Notes: generated by a model not told the origin, from the sequence alone. Counted from the first letter of the stretch, positions 47,438 through 57,289 are shown. The stretch: DNA of 64,000 nt from a candidate division WS6 bacterium OLB20 (GCA_001567355.1 JYNZ01000003.1:466263-530262); one strand, 5' to 3'. Translations and numbers: made by a program.

Positions 47438-49040
47438 ATGAATAAGAAAGTAATCGGTGTTGGATACATAAGAGTATCAACGACCAAGCAGGCCGACGAA
47501 GGCGTCAGCCTTGATGTCCAACGCCAAAAAGTAATATCCCTCCTTAAAGAGCAAGGGTGTCAAACGATCAAAATTTATGCAGACGAAGGCAAGAGTGCTC
47601 GTGACGAAAAGGTCGAGACCAATTTCTTGAGGCAATTGATTACTCAACGACTAATAGTGTCCCTTATTTCGCCTGCTACGACCCAACAAGGTTTGCCCGC
47701 AACTCCGTCCAATCACTTGAGTATTTTCAAACACTTCGTGAAGCTGGCACAAAATTGATCTTTGTTGAACAAAAATTTGATGATAGTCCATTAGGTAGGT
47801 TTCTCTTTAACCTTTACTCTGGCCTTGCACAACTACAGAGTGAGGAGCAGGGGCAGAAAATACAGAACTCCATAATTGAGAAGCATAGAAGAGGGGAATT
47901 TCCGCATATGTCACCACCGGGTTATCGGAACATCCGCAGACCTGATGGTCGTGCTGATATTATCATCGAGAAAAAGAATGCCGATCTCTAAAACATGCGT
48001 TTAGAGGATATCTGTCTGACGAGTTCTATCATTTGAGTGACGTTGTGGATTTTTTGAGACGCAATAAATTCAAACCTTATTATTCACGAAAGAGAAAATT
48101 TGAGAGCATAACCGACTCTTCGATAAGTAGAATCTTCAGACAACCGTTCTATGCTGGGTACTTTTACAGCAAAGCGTTAAAGAAAGAGATACCACATGTA
48201 TATCCAACCATAATTACAAGAGAAGAGTTTAAGTTGATTCAGGATAAAATGAGAGGCAAACGCAAACAAACCAATCACTATAAAAAACGTAATCCTGATT
48301 TCCCACTAAGAGCTTCAGCAAGATGCTCAGTATGCGGCAACAAAGTTAGGGGACATAACTCAAAAGGTAGAACTGAGACCTATCCATACTATGCATGCCA
48401 CAAAACACCAGACTGTATAAAGTCTATTCCTACCGAAGATGTACATACCCAGTTTATCGAAAGTCTATCAGCAATCTCGCAGAGTACTGGTAAGCTTCGA
48501 CTATTCACAGAGATACTAAGACGCGTAATTGAACAGGAAAAACAAAATGACAATCGACGGGAGATACTTAGTGTGAGGCAAAGAAGCCTCGAAAAGAAGC
48601 TAAATAACATTACTGACAAAATACTAAACCTAACAAATCAGTCCGTGCTAAAGCGATTAGAGGAAGATTTTGAAGCAAGAACAAATGAGCTTAGCGAAGT
48701 AAAGAGGCAACTTGAGACAATCTCAAAGGAGAATTGCGAACCACCCAGACTTGAAGACGTCACCCTTCTTTCTAATCCAAGTGCGATATGGAAATCGGCA
48801 GGTATTAAAGAAAAAATCGATTTCACAAAGTGGTTATTCCCTGATGGTTTTGAAATAACCCCGAAAAAACAATTGCGAACCGGTGAGATCAATATAGTTT
48901 ACAAGGCTTTAGGGGCTGTTGAGTCTAATGATTCTCAACTGGTGGAGATGGCGGGAGTTGAACCCGCGTCCAGAGAAGCCAAACACATGCAGTATACAGA
49001 TATAGCCATCCTGTTTCAGACGGATCGCGATAAAGGATAG
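47438..49040 (+). pseudogene. Large serine recombinase (resolvase/invertase N-domain + recombinase domain + zinc ribbon + coiled coil), broken into three ORFs
   Basis: The catalytic Ser context GVGYIRVSTTKQADEG is in 47438..47758. The end of the resolvase domain and PPGYRN are in 47755..47991. The recombinase domain, C-x2-C...C-x5-C zinc ribbon and coiled coil are in 48033..49040. Frame changes fall near 47750 and 47985 (A5 run). The last ~100 nt are antisense to the tmRNA 3' end. Confidence 0.7.
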
Positions 49041-49392
49041 CGTAAACCGCGAAACGACTGTACGCTTTTACTTTGCTCTAACAGGCGTACAAGCCACTAG
49101 AGTCTGCACTTTAGCTTGTTTTTCTCCCACGGGACCCCGCTAAAGGAGAGTTTCCATGAAAGGCTTAAATCGCGAGCCGAAGCTCAAGCGAATTTAGGCA
49201 GCGATGTTGAGGGCAAAGTTGCCGCTAAGGGCGAGCTTTACGTTCTCAACAAAGCTTGATACTTTGTTTTTGACGCTTATTTAGTCATTCCGGTTTGATC
49301 CGGAAGGAATCTGCTTACTTACGGCGAAACAGACTAAACAACACCGATCTGCCACACGTATCTGGTATTTCCTGTCGAATCCGGTCATCCCC
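48940..49392 (-). ncRNA. ssrA: tmRNA (SsrA)
   Basis: Minus-strand 5' end GGGGATGACCGGATTCGACAGG matches the canonical tmRNA 5' end (GGGGcuGAuucuGGAUUCGACgGG). The 3' end GGACGCGGGTTCAACTCCCGCCATCTCCACCA has a T-arm near-identical to E. coli tmRNA. The acceptor stem has a G3:U70 wobble. An internal tag-like frame ends ...GNFALNIAA then TAA. Confidence 0.8.
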
Positions 49393-49638
49393 GAAAACAC
49401 CTCCTCCACCTGGCTCGTCGGGCTTGCCTCCAGAATGAGGCACTAGACCCTGCCGTAAGAGAAGATGTTTGCGGGAATATCGACAGATTGTAAATGAGCT
49501 GGACATACAGTATAGCATATTTCTGCAGGATTTTAAGGGAATGTATATGCAGGGCAAGGCGATGACCTCAAACACAGACCGGTTGTATGGACGTTACGCG
49601 TAAATACCGCTAAAATTCTGACATATCTCACACCAACC

Positions 49639-50286
49639 ATGGAAAATCAGTCAAAGCCCGAATCGGGTAATTCCCGTAAAGTTTTAATTATTGCCGGCAT
49701 CGGCTGTATTCTGCTTGCTGTCTGCTGTGCAGCTGTCGTGCTTGGTGCAGCAGCTATCTCTACGCAGATTGCGCGCGACCTGAGCGACACTGATGTTGAG
49801 GTGACAGGCCCTGACGGGACAGACGGCTCACCGACACCATCCCCCACCCCCGAAGCAGGATCGGTTAAAAACCCTTACAAAAGTACACAGCAGGTGAAGA
49901 TAGACAACGTCACCTGGAAGATTGAGTCGGCAGCTGACCTTGGCGGCCGGATCAAGGCTGATGCGCAGTATCTTGATGACTGCGTTTCGGAAGGGTCAAA
50001 GTTTATCAAGGTGGTGTTTTCTGTGACAAATGGTACTGACAGCAGTGTCAATCTTTTCAACATCGAGCTCGCAGACCTTGAGGATAGACGATTTTCGGAA
50101 TACAACCGCATTTACAGCTGCGTCCAGGAGTACACCATCTTTGACGAGCTTAATCCTCAGCTGTCAAAGACATATACAGCGTATTTTGAAGTGCCCGGTG
50201 ACAAGCCGGTGCAAAACCTGATGCTGGTTGTGTCTGACCTCAGCTTCTTTTCGCCTGAAGAACGCTACATCAACCTGGGGCTCTGA
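49639..50286 (+). CDS. Membrane-anchored DUF4352-like protein
   Basis: N-terminal TM, a PT linker, then KIDNVTWKIE...KFIKVVFSVTNGTDSSVNLF, typical of DUF4352. Confidence 0.5.
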   Translation: MENQSKPESGNSRKVLIIAGIGCILLAVCCAAVVLGAAAISTQIARDLSDTDVEVTGPDGTDGSPTPSPTPEAGSVKNPYKSTQQVKIDNVTWKIESAADLGGRIKADAQYLDDCVSEGSKFIKVVFSVTNGTDSSVNLFNIELADLEDRRFSEYNRIYSCVQEYTIFDELNPQLSKTYTAYFEVPGDKPVQNLMLVVSDLSFFSPEERYINLGL

Positions 50287-50342
50287 CCAGACAAACAGCA
50301 ACTCAACCTTTCTTTCTTTATTCGGTTTGAGTAGACTGAACT

Positions 50343-52154
50343 ATGCAACGCAGAATTCTGATCGGCATATTGTTTGCACTGACCGTCGTAGTCGGTGCGG
50401 GTGCCGTTTACATTGGGATAACCCTACAGCAGCAGCCAGATACAACCCCGGAGGATACATCAGCCGCGCCGGGAGACCTGCGCTGGGAGGATGGTGTCTG
50501 TAATATCGGCATTGTCACAACCCATACTGATGTAATTGCAAACAATTATGCAGGCTACGGTGTCTCGCGCGAGGCACTGCAGCCCTATCTTGATGCAGGG
50601 TATGTCGACAACGTCCGCACCATCGACGGCCGTTCTGCTGCCGCAACAGACTTCTCGGACCTTGACATCCTGTTTGCAGTTGACGGTAATCTGACCAATC
50701 TGCCTGCAAACCTTTCGCCATCTGACCCGGGTCAGTTTGCTGACCAGTACACATATCCCCCCAACCATTACATCCGTTCTACTGCGCCATCACAGGAACT
50801 CTCAACAAACATTATCAATAACTGGGCTGACGGAATGAGCCTTGTCATTACTGGTGACAACGGCGTCTTTACATCACCGGGCACACGCGGTCGCGGTCCG
50901 GGAGATTTTGCCAACGGTTTTTCGGGTCCGCTTGCCAACACCGTATCATCGCTGATCGGCAACCCCTATGAGTATATTGTTGAAAGCCAGACACAGGCAT
51001 GGCTGCACGTATACAGCGGCACGTTCGGTCTGGCGGACAATAATGCGATCAACAACTCAAACATCCGCTTTGCAGCAAACGTAACCGGCAATCCTGTACT
51101 TGAGGGTGCACAGCACTGGTTTGACGACCCCTGGATCCTGCGGTCAGAACTTGGTCCAGCAGAGCCTGTCGGTCCCGAACCGTTCCGCGGGCTTGGCACA
51201 CCGGGTAACATCCAGTTTAACGGCGCGGGGACAATCGGCGCATCATGCGTGACATCAAGGCCTTTGTATGATTTCTGCCAGGTGCCCAATCCAGACGGGA
51301 GCGGCGAGATGTGTCAGGTGATCAATCACTGTCTCCTGGTGTTTGCACCAGGCAGCGAGACTGTAGGCATCCCCAATGTCGGCGGAACGTCACGCGGCTT
51401 TCTTGTTGTAGACCCCAACGGAGGCATCCCGACACAGACCTCACTGCCGAACATGATCACGGCCCTGCCCGACTGCAATCCGTCTGACACACCGACCCCG
51501 ACACCAACCAGTACACCTAGCAGTACTCCGGTAAACACGCCGTCACCCACAACCACACCTAGCCCGACGCCGACATTCACACTGGCGCAATGCGGTGCAG
51601 AATGTTCAACATCAGATGACTGCGAGGGAGCACTCGCCTGCAACGACCATGACGGTGACGGCACAAGCACCTGCGTAAATGCGAGCTGTACTGCAGGATC
51701 AACAGCCATCTGCAGTGCGGACGGATGCGTTGTCGGTGATCCGCCGCCGAGTACGACACCTACAGCAACGCCCACTCCGACACCCACTCCATCAGTGACT
51801 GTTGTCATCACCGATACACTTGAGTGCTACGAGACCGGATGCGATACACCTGGCAACACCTGCGTTACAGGACTCACCTGTATCAGCAACCGCTGCGTCA
51901 GTGCCGCCTACCCTGACAGCCCCGACTGCAAACCGGGTACTGTCACCACACTGCCCCCGACAGCACTGATCAGCGACGAGGCCGACCGCGTACTGATCGC
52001 AATGATACTGATCTCCGGAGGATTTGCAGTGTATGTGTCAGGCATCGGACGCTATGCAGGCCAGTACCTGTGGAAAACAGCCCGCGGCTCAGTTCTGCGC
52101 ACTCAGCGCGACTATGAACAGGATGCTGCAGAAAGCATCCACCAGGAGGAATAA
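50343..52154 (+). CDS. Large modular surface protein: signal/TM, globular domain, Pro-Thr linkers, Cys-rich modules, C-terminal TM anchor
   Basis: TPTPTPTSTPSSTP and TPTATPTPTPTPS linkers flank CGAECSTSDDCEGALACNDHDGDGTSTCVNASC... and CYETGCDTPGNTCVTGLTCISNRC modules. Final TM VLIAMILISGGFAVYVSGIG. Confidence 0.5.
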   Translation: MQRRILIGILFALTVVVGAGAVYIGITLQQQPDTTPEDTSAAPGDLRWEDGVCNIGIVTTHTDVIANNYAGYGVSREALQPYLDAGYVDNVRTIDGRSAAATDFSDLDILFAVDGNLTNLPANLSPSDPGQFADQYTYPPNHYIRSTAPSQELSTNIINNWADGMSLVITGDNGVFTSPGTRGRGPGDFANGFSGPLANTVSSLIGNPYEYIVESQTQAWLHVYSGTFGLADNNAINNSNIRFAANVTGNPVLEGAQHWFDDPWILRSELGPAEPVGPEPFRGLGTPGNIQFNGAGTIGASCVTSRPLYDFCQVPNPDGSGEMCQVINHCLLVFAPGSETVGIPNVGGTSRGFLVVDPNGGIPTQTSLPNMITALPDCNPSDTPTPTPTSTPSSTPVNTPSPTTTPSPTPTFTLAQCGAECSTSDDCEGALACNDHDGDGTSTCVNASCTAGSTAICSADGCVVGDPPPSTTPTATPTPTPTPSVTVVITDTLECYETGCDTPGNTCVTGLTCISNRCVSAAYPDSPDCKPGTVTTLPPTALISDEADRVLIAMILISGGFAVYVSGIGRYAGQYLWKTARGSVLRTQRDYEQDAAESIHQEE

Positions 52155-52175
52155 CTTACCCGGAGTAACAGTACA

Positions 52176-53165
52176 TCAGACGCGGACGATCTTCATGGCG
52201 TCCTTGACTCTGCCTATGACATCAGCTGCGGTGTTCCTGCCCTTTTCGGTGCCGGCGCGCAGGATCTGCATCAGTGTGTCTTCGTTATCATATTTTGAGC
52301 GGCGCTCTCTGATCGGTGCAAGGAATGTCTCAAGCGCAGCAAGCAGCTTCTGCTTCACTTCAACATCTCCGACTGTTCCCTTGCGATAGCGTTCCTTCAG
52401 ATCATTGACCTCGTCAGTATCGGGATTGAACGCGTCATGGTAGATAAAAACAGGGTTGCCCTCGACGGTTCCGGGATCTGTAGCCCGGATCCGGGACGGA
52501 TCCGTGTACATGCTCATGATCTTCTGCTTCAGATCTTCAGATGACTCACTCAGGTAGATTGCATTATTGAGCGATTTGCTCATCTTGGCGTTATTGTCTG
52601 TTCCGACAAGCCTGCCAAACTGACTGACCTTGGCCTCGGGCTCTACAAGCGTGTCTCCGTAGATACCGTTAAATTTCCTGACAAGCTGACGTGTCACTTC
52701 GATATGCGGCACCTGGTCTTCTCCGACCGGAACAAGGTTGGCGTCATATACAGAAATGTCAGCAGCCTGAGATACCGGATACATGAAAAACCCGAGCGGA
52801 ACGCTTTCGTCCATGCCCTTCTGCTGCATCTCTGTTTTGACAGTAGGATTGTGTCCGAGTTTATTGACCGAGATCAGATTTGCCAGGAACACCGTCAGTT
52901 CAGCCGTCTGCGGTACAGCAGACTGCAGAATAAACGTTACTTTTTCGGGGTCGAGTCCTGCAGCAATATTGTCCAGCAGCACCTGCAAAACGTTTGTCCG
53001 CACCTTGTCGGGATTATCAAAGTTATCAGTCAGCGCCTGCACATCCGCGATCAGAATGTATGTATCGTAATCGTTTTGAAGCTCAACACGTTGTGACAGC
53101 GAGCCAACCCAGTGCCCGAGATGTAGCGGTCCGGTTGGTCTGTCTCCTGTGAGAATGCGTTGCAT
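52176..53165 (-). CDS. trpS: Tryptophan--tRNA ligase
   Basis: HIGH-class motif TGPLHLGH and KMSKS; about 330 aa from ATG at 53165. Confidence 0.8.
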   Translation of the reverse strand: MQRILTGDRPTGPLHLGHWVGSLSQRVELQNDYDTYILIADVQALTDNFDNPDKVRTNVLQVLLDNIAAGLDPEKVTFILQSAVPQTAELTVFLANLISVNKLGHNPTVKTEMQQKGMDESVPLGFFMYPVSQAADISVYDANLVPVGEDQVPHIEVTRQLVRKFNGIYGDTLVEPEAKVSQFGRLVGTDNNAKMSKSLNNAIYLSESSEDLKQKIMSMYTDPSRIRATDPGTVEGNPVFIYHDAFNPDTDEVNDLKERYRKGTVGDVEVKQKLLAALETFLAPIRERRSKYDNEDTLMQILRAGTEKGRNTAADVIGRVKDAMKIVRV

Positions 53166-53229
53166 AGTCTGTTTGTAACTGCCAGCATTGTACCACTTTT
53201 CTTGAGGACTAATTCGGGTACAATGGGTC

Positions 53230-55191
53230 ATGTACCAGTGGCAGAAACAACTGACAGCCAAAGCTGTTAAACCGATCGGTAAGTTTACACCGTCGACCGG
53301 TCCGCGTATCGACAGACGAACAAAGGACGGTCGTGTCGACCAGATCACGTTTACCATATATGCTGCTCAGAAATACGCACGTATCAAATTGATCGGTCCG
53401 TTTAATGACTGGGGACGTGCGCAGGGAGACTGGCTGCTTGCACAGGATGAGGACAGCGGATTCTACTCCATCACAGTAAAAAAAGGAGTTATTCAGCATA
53501 AGACACCGTATCTCTATCTTGTCAACGGACAGCATCTGCGCGATCCGGCGGCCAGATATTTTGACCGGGACGGCAATGCGGTCTTCTGGGACTTTGGCGA
53601 CCCCAGGGCCTATCAGATGAAATACGACAAGCCGCTTGCGCCTGGCTCGTCCGTCAGGATCATGCAGACCGACCTGCCGGGGATGATCATGCACTACCGT
53701 GGCAAGGACGGCAGACTGGGATGGCAGGTCGAGCCTGACCAGTATTACAGCTTTATCCGCACAAGCGGGGTAATCCGAAAGATCCGTGACCTCGGCTTCA
53801 ATGCTGTGCAGTTTCTGCCGGTGGCGCAGTCGATTGATGGCTCCAAGTGGAGTCTGCGCTATCTTGTGCCATTTTTATACTCAGTCAACAGCTACTGGGG
53901 ATCGCCTGACGAGTTTGCCCGCATGGTTGATGCGTTCCACAAAGAAGGCATTGCAGTCATCCTAGACCTGGTGATCTCACATGCTCCGTTTAAAAAGTTC
54001 AACCTGTTCGGCAAGCCGTCCGAGGATGTCGGCATTCATCTCTGGAAGCGTGCAGGCAATGACGATGTGTTTCTGGGAGAAGAGACATCCTGGGGTACAA
54101 AGCGCTACCGGATAGAAGATGAACATGTGCGCAGATTTGTGGTTGAGTCAGCGCTCAGTTTTATCCAGCAGTATCGGGTCGACGGATTCAGGATTGATAA
54201 CGTCGACGGGATTGTGCGATACGGTGACAATGGAGATGGCGCCGAACGGCCCCACGGCCGCGAGTATATCCGCGAACTTACCGGTACGGTCTACGACTAC
54301 GCACCCGACACCCTGTTTCACTTTGAAGCTCATTACTTTTACAGAAACAATGCCAAATGGCTGGTGCAGGCGCTTGATGAGCACAAAAAAGCACTCGGCG
54401 CGACCGCATACACAAGCTCTCGCCTCACCTACCATTTTCATGCCGAGTACATGCCCTACAGCGGTGACAAGATTTCACCATGGACGTACAAACACATTAT
54501 TGATGAAAAGGAATGGGGCGAATCAAACAGCACTGTTGCCGACTTTCACAATCATGATGCCGCAGCAGGTCTGATGCCGATGCGCGCGACAGGATCATAT
54601 GCCTATGACGCACTGATCCTGAAAAACCCGGAACTGCACACCCATGCCATCGGAAAAATCAAAGCCATGGAGGCCCTGATCAGCTTTGTCTGTGAAGGAC
54701 GTACACTTGACCTGCTGCAGACGTTTCTGTTGCAGACAGAGAGCTTTGAGCACGATTCAAGCATACACTGGTACCGTGACGCGACAGATGCGGTGCAGGG
54801 AATGCTTGCCTTCAAATCTGCTGTGAACTCGCTGCTTGACGACCCCGCATTCTGGCCGGTCAGTATTGGCGAACGTCGGGTCATTAATGTGGACGAGGTC
54901 ACAAAGACACTGACCGTTGTACGTTCGACGCAAAAAGACAGCGGCAGACACGGATATCTTGTCATCATCCACCTGACAAGCAGCATGCTGACTGACCTGA
55001 TCGTTCCCGCACCCGTCAGCGGTGAATACGAAGTGGTGTTTGACTCGGACCGTTTTACCTATAGCGGTACAGGCAGAACAGCACTACCCGCAGCAATCAG
55101 TTCAGAGAAGACATCACTGTTCGAACTGTTTCCCGAAGGCGTCCGTCTGCCCTCAGTGGGCCCCTACCACGTGCTTGTGCTGAAGTTCTGA
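53230..55191 (+). CDS. GH13 alpha-amylase family enzyme, 1,4-alpha-glucan branching-enzyme-like
   Basis: CBM48-like N-terminus (FTIYAAQKYARIKLIGPFNDWG) and catalytic regions GIAVILDLVISHA, VDGFRIDNVDGI, FLGEETSWG. Confidence 0.7.
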   Translation: MYQWQKQLTAKAVKPIGKFTPSTGPRIDRRTKDGRVDQITFTIYAAQKYARIKLIGPFNDWGRAQGDWLLAQDEDSGFYSITVKKGVIQHKTPYLYLVNGQHLRDPAARYFDRDGNAVFWDFGDPRAYQMKYDKPLAPGSSVRIMQTDLPGMIMHYRGKDGRLGWQVEPDQYYSFIRTSGVIRKIRDLGFNAVQFLPVAQSIDGSKWSLRYLVPFLYSVNSYWGSPDEFARMVDAFHKEGIAVILDLVISHAPFKKFNLFGKPSEDVGIHLWKRAGNDDVFLGEETSWGTKRYRIEDEHVRRFVVESALSFIQQYRVDGFRIDNVDGIVRYGDNGDGAERPHGREYIRELTGTVYDYAPDTLFHFEAHYFYRNNAKWLVQALDEHKKALGATAYTSSRLTYHFHAEYMPYSGDKISPWTYKHIIDEKEWGESNSTVADFHNHDAAAGLMPMRATGSYAYDALILKNPELHTHAIGKIKAMEALISFVCEGRTLDLLQTFLLQTESFEHDSSIHWYRDATDAVQGMLAFKSAVNSLLDDPAFWPVSIGERRVINVDEVTKTLTVVRSTQKDSGRHGYLVIIHLTSSMLTDLIVPAPVSGEYEVVFDSDRFTYSGTGRTALPAAISSEKTSLFELFPEGVRLPSVGPYHVLVLKF

Positions 55192-55251
55192 GACGCTTGT
55201 GCCGAGGTCCCCTGTGCAGCTGCAGGAAGGCCATCCACCATTTAGGTATTA

Positions 55252-55440
55252 TTAAGGACTGCGTTGCAGGCTCTATGCTACAGTAAGCTCACGGGGCGGG
55301 GCTGGTAAGCCCCCCGAGATTGCAAAGCCACGCAACAGCTCCAATATTCAGATGATTCTCGTATTAATCATCCGTTAAGGACTTCTGTCCTGCGTGCACG
55401 CTACAATAAAGTAAGGGGAACGGGGTGGCAACCCCTGGCA
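55252..55440. other. Two tandem related ~67-nt units (TTAAGGACT-N16-GCTACA-RTAA-...-GGGGn-hairpin) in a convergent intergenic region; candidate structured small RNA(s)
   Basis: Unit A 55252-55318 and unit B 55375-55440 share TTAAGGACT and GCTACA, and each ends in a GC hairpin: ggggc-tggtaa-gcccc and gggg-tggcaa-cccc. No U-tract follows either hairpin. Confidence 0.3.
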
Positions 55441-55459
55441 GCAGTAGCACGTATCGATA

Positions 55460-55906
55460 TCAGACCTCAAGCTCAAATGTCTGCTCCTCACCCAGCAGCT
55501 CGTCATCCCAGTACTTGATGTACGAAGGAGTGATCCGGTAGAGACTGACCTCTGCAGATCCGTCAAGAAGTGCATCCGCACTTACGTGTTCCCAGCCAAG
55601 CTGGTTCTTCAGTGCGGCAAGGCCTGCCTCAATATCAGAACGCTCCGTCAGCATGGTACATTCTCCTCTGCCCTGCACGGATTTACGGTCCTTCATATTG
55701 TCAGGGTCAAACCACGCGGTGGAAAAAGCCACATTGCCCGAATTTTTTATATGAACGCTGTGGCGTGCTTCAGGCATGGAGAGAAAATACAGTGTCAGAT
55801 CATCAGATGCAAAGTAGACATTGCAGATCCAGGGACCGTCTTCATCAGCTGTAGCTATAGTGAGCAGCTGCTGCGAAGCCAGAAAGGTGACAATCTGTTC
55901 ACTCAT
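55460..55906 (-). CDS. Pyridoxamine 5'-phosphate oxidase-like FMN-binding split-barrel protein
   Basis: LTIATADEDGPWICNVYFA pattern of PNPOx-like/general stress protein 26. Confidence 0.65.
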   Translation of the reverse strand: MSEQIVTFLASQQLLTIATADEDGPWICNVYFASDDLTLYFLSMPEARHSVHIKNSGNVAFSTAWFDPDNMKDRKSVQGRGECTMLTERSDIEAGLAALKNQLGWEHVSADALLDGSAEVSLYRITPSYIKYWDDELLGEEQTFELEV

Positions 55907-56196
55907 GCTGTCTCAACACTCTTTGGCTGTCCGGGCTTTGCAGTTACCGGCGGCATCTCTTTGCCGTAGGCAGCTTTTACAACATCACGCAGTGACACTG
56001 CAGCCCAGACAAGATTAAGCAGGACAAACGCCCAGCCCTGGATCAGAAAAGCTGACAATGCCAGCAGCACGCTTCCGATCACATTGGCGCTGTCATAGCG
56101 GATGTGCTTATCGCTCCATGTACCGTTCTGGTTCAATACAAATGCAAGCAGGATGATGGCGGCACCTGCGATTCCGAGGATGTTGGCAATGTCCAT
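55903..56196 (-). CDS. Small membrane protein
   Basis: Two or three TM helices; start overlaps the next gene by 4 nt. Confidence 0.35.
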   Translation of the reverse strand: MDIANILGIAGAAIILLAFVLNQNGTWSDKHIRYDSANVIGSVLLALSAFLIQGWAFVLLNLVWAAVSLRDVVKAAYGKEMPPVTAKPGQPKSVETA

Positions 56197-56879
56197 CAGG
56201 GGTTAGGTTCAACAGTTAAAGATTCGCCGGCGGCGAGAGTAATAAATTCGATGCCGTTTTTCTGAAGCATCATCTGTGGAATGCGATGAAACGGTCCCGG
56301 GTCGGCAAGCATACCGTCGTGCACAGGAAAGGCACGCTCGGGTTTTACCTTGAGGGCAAAATCTATCACCTGGTGCATATGCAGCCAGGGGGCACAAACC
56401 GGCAATGCCAGTACCCGGACAGACGCATCCGGCACAAAAAAGTTATCACCGGGCAGGTAGAGAGTATCGTTGATCAGAAACGATGTATTATCAACCGGCT
56501 GAATATCCTTGATGATCTCTGCATGTTTGCGCTGCCATGTTTCGATCCTGACACCACCCAGCTCGGATACACTGTCCTCAACAGCATCGTACTTCCAGCC
56601 GTAATCACCGCTGAACTTTGCAGCCGTGGTTGCGTTGGTGATGATCACCGCCTCAGGTGAATGCTGCAGGACACGGTCAAGTGTCGCGATATCAAGATGG
56701 TCCCCGTGTTCGTGGGTGATAAGAATGCAGTCAATCTTCGGGAGGTCAGCCGGAACCTGCGACCACTCGCCGGGATCCGTCAAAATATTAGTCCCGTCAA
56801 CCGAGACCAGAAGGCAACAGTGTCCGTACTTTGTTATCTTCATGCAATCATCATACCATGCCTGTTTGACCGCGGTCAT
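56196..56879 (-). CDS. MBL-fold metallo-hydrolase
   Basis: HxHxDH in ILITHEHGDHLD. Confidence 0.75.
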   Translation of the reverse strand: MTAVKQAWYDDCMKITKYGHCCLLVSVDGTNILTDPGEWSQVPADLPKIDCILITHEHGDHLDIATLDRVLQHSPEAVIITNATTAAKFSGDYGWKYDAVEDSVSELGGVRIETWQRKHAEIIKDIQPVDNTSFLINDTLYLPGDNFFVPDASVRVLALPVCAPWLHMHQVIDFALKVKPERAFPVHDGMLADPGPFHRIPQMMLQKNGIEFITLAAGESLTVEPNP

Positions 56880-57289
56880 TTTCCGGCGGGCAGCACACCG
56901 CCAAGCTGTGTGATCATCGTGGCATGATCAAATGCCAGTTTTTCAGGCAGCTTATCAAGAGGAAAGAACATGGTTTCGAGGGCATCGTCTGCCGGGGACA
57001 GCCTACCTGTAGCCGTTCCGTAGTAAGCAACAGACACGCGCTGCTGCGGATGCCGGGCTGGATCATCAAACACACCAAGCAGGGTTAACCGATCAGCACT
57101 CAAACCCGTCTCTTCCTGCAGCTCCCGCCTGGCAGCCTGCTCTGAAGTCTCATCATATTCCATATAGCCTCCGGGCAGTGCCCAGTGATCCTTATACGGA
57201 TCAGCACCACGCCTGATCAGCAGAATGTGTCTGTCTGAATTGAGTATGAGAACATCGACAGTAAGTACTCTGTTTTTGTATTCCGGCAT
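56876..57289 (-). CDS. Nudix hydrolase
   Basis: Nudix box LPGGYMEYDETSEQAARRELQEETG. Confidence 0.75.
   Translation of the reverse strand: MPEYKNRVLTVDVLILNSDRHILLIRRGADPYKDHWALPGGYMEYDETSEQAARRELQEETGLSADRLTLLGVFDDPARHPQQRVSVAYYGTATGRLSPADDALETMFFPLDKLPEKLAFDHATMITQLGGVLPAGK

Larger units (their letters stand above)
41099..49040. mobile_element. Degenerate integrative island (AT-richer than flanks) inserted beside tmRNA. Cargo includes TA, R-M and other genes; the serine recombinase is inactivated.
   Basis: Abrupt drop in GC at about 41.2 kb and return at about 49.0 kb. Right end at the tmRNA 3' end. Left end carries a degenerate tmRNA-end-like sequence (41099..41162). Recombinase pseudogene at the tmRNA-proximal end. 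Confidence 0.6.

Noticed and set aside
51326-51811. 161-aa minus-strand ORF (GVGVGV-rich)
   Set aside because: Antisense of the Pro-Thr linker region of the 603-aa surface protein; a pure low-complexity artifact.
55375-55581. 68-aa minus-strand ORF in the GH13/PNPOx spacer
   Set aside because: Overlaps the tandem hairpin motifs and the PNPOx 3' end. It is more parsimoniously non-coding.
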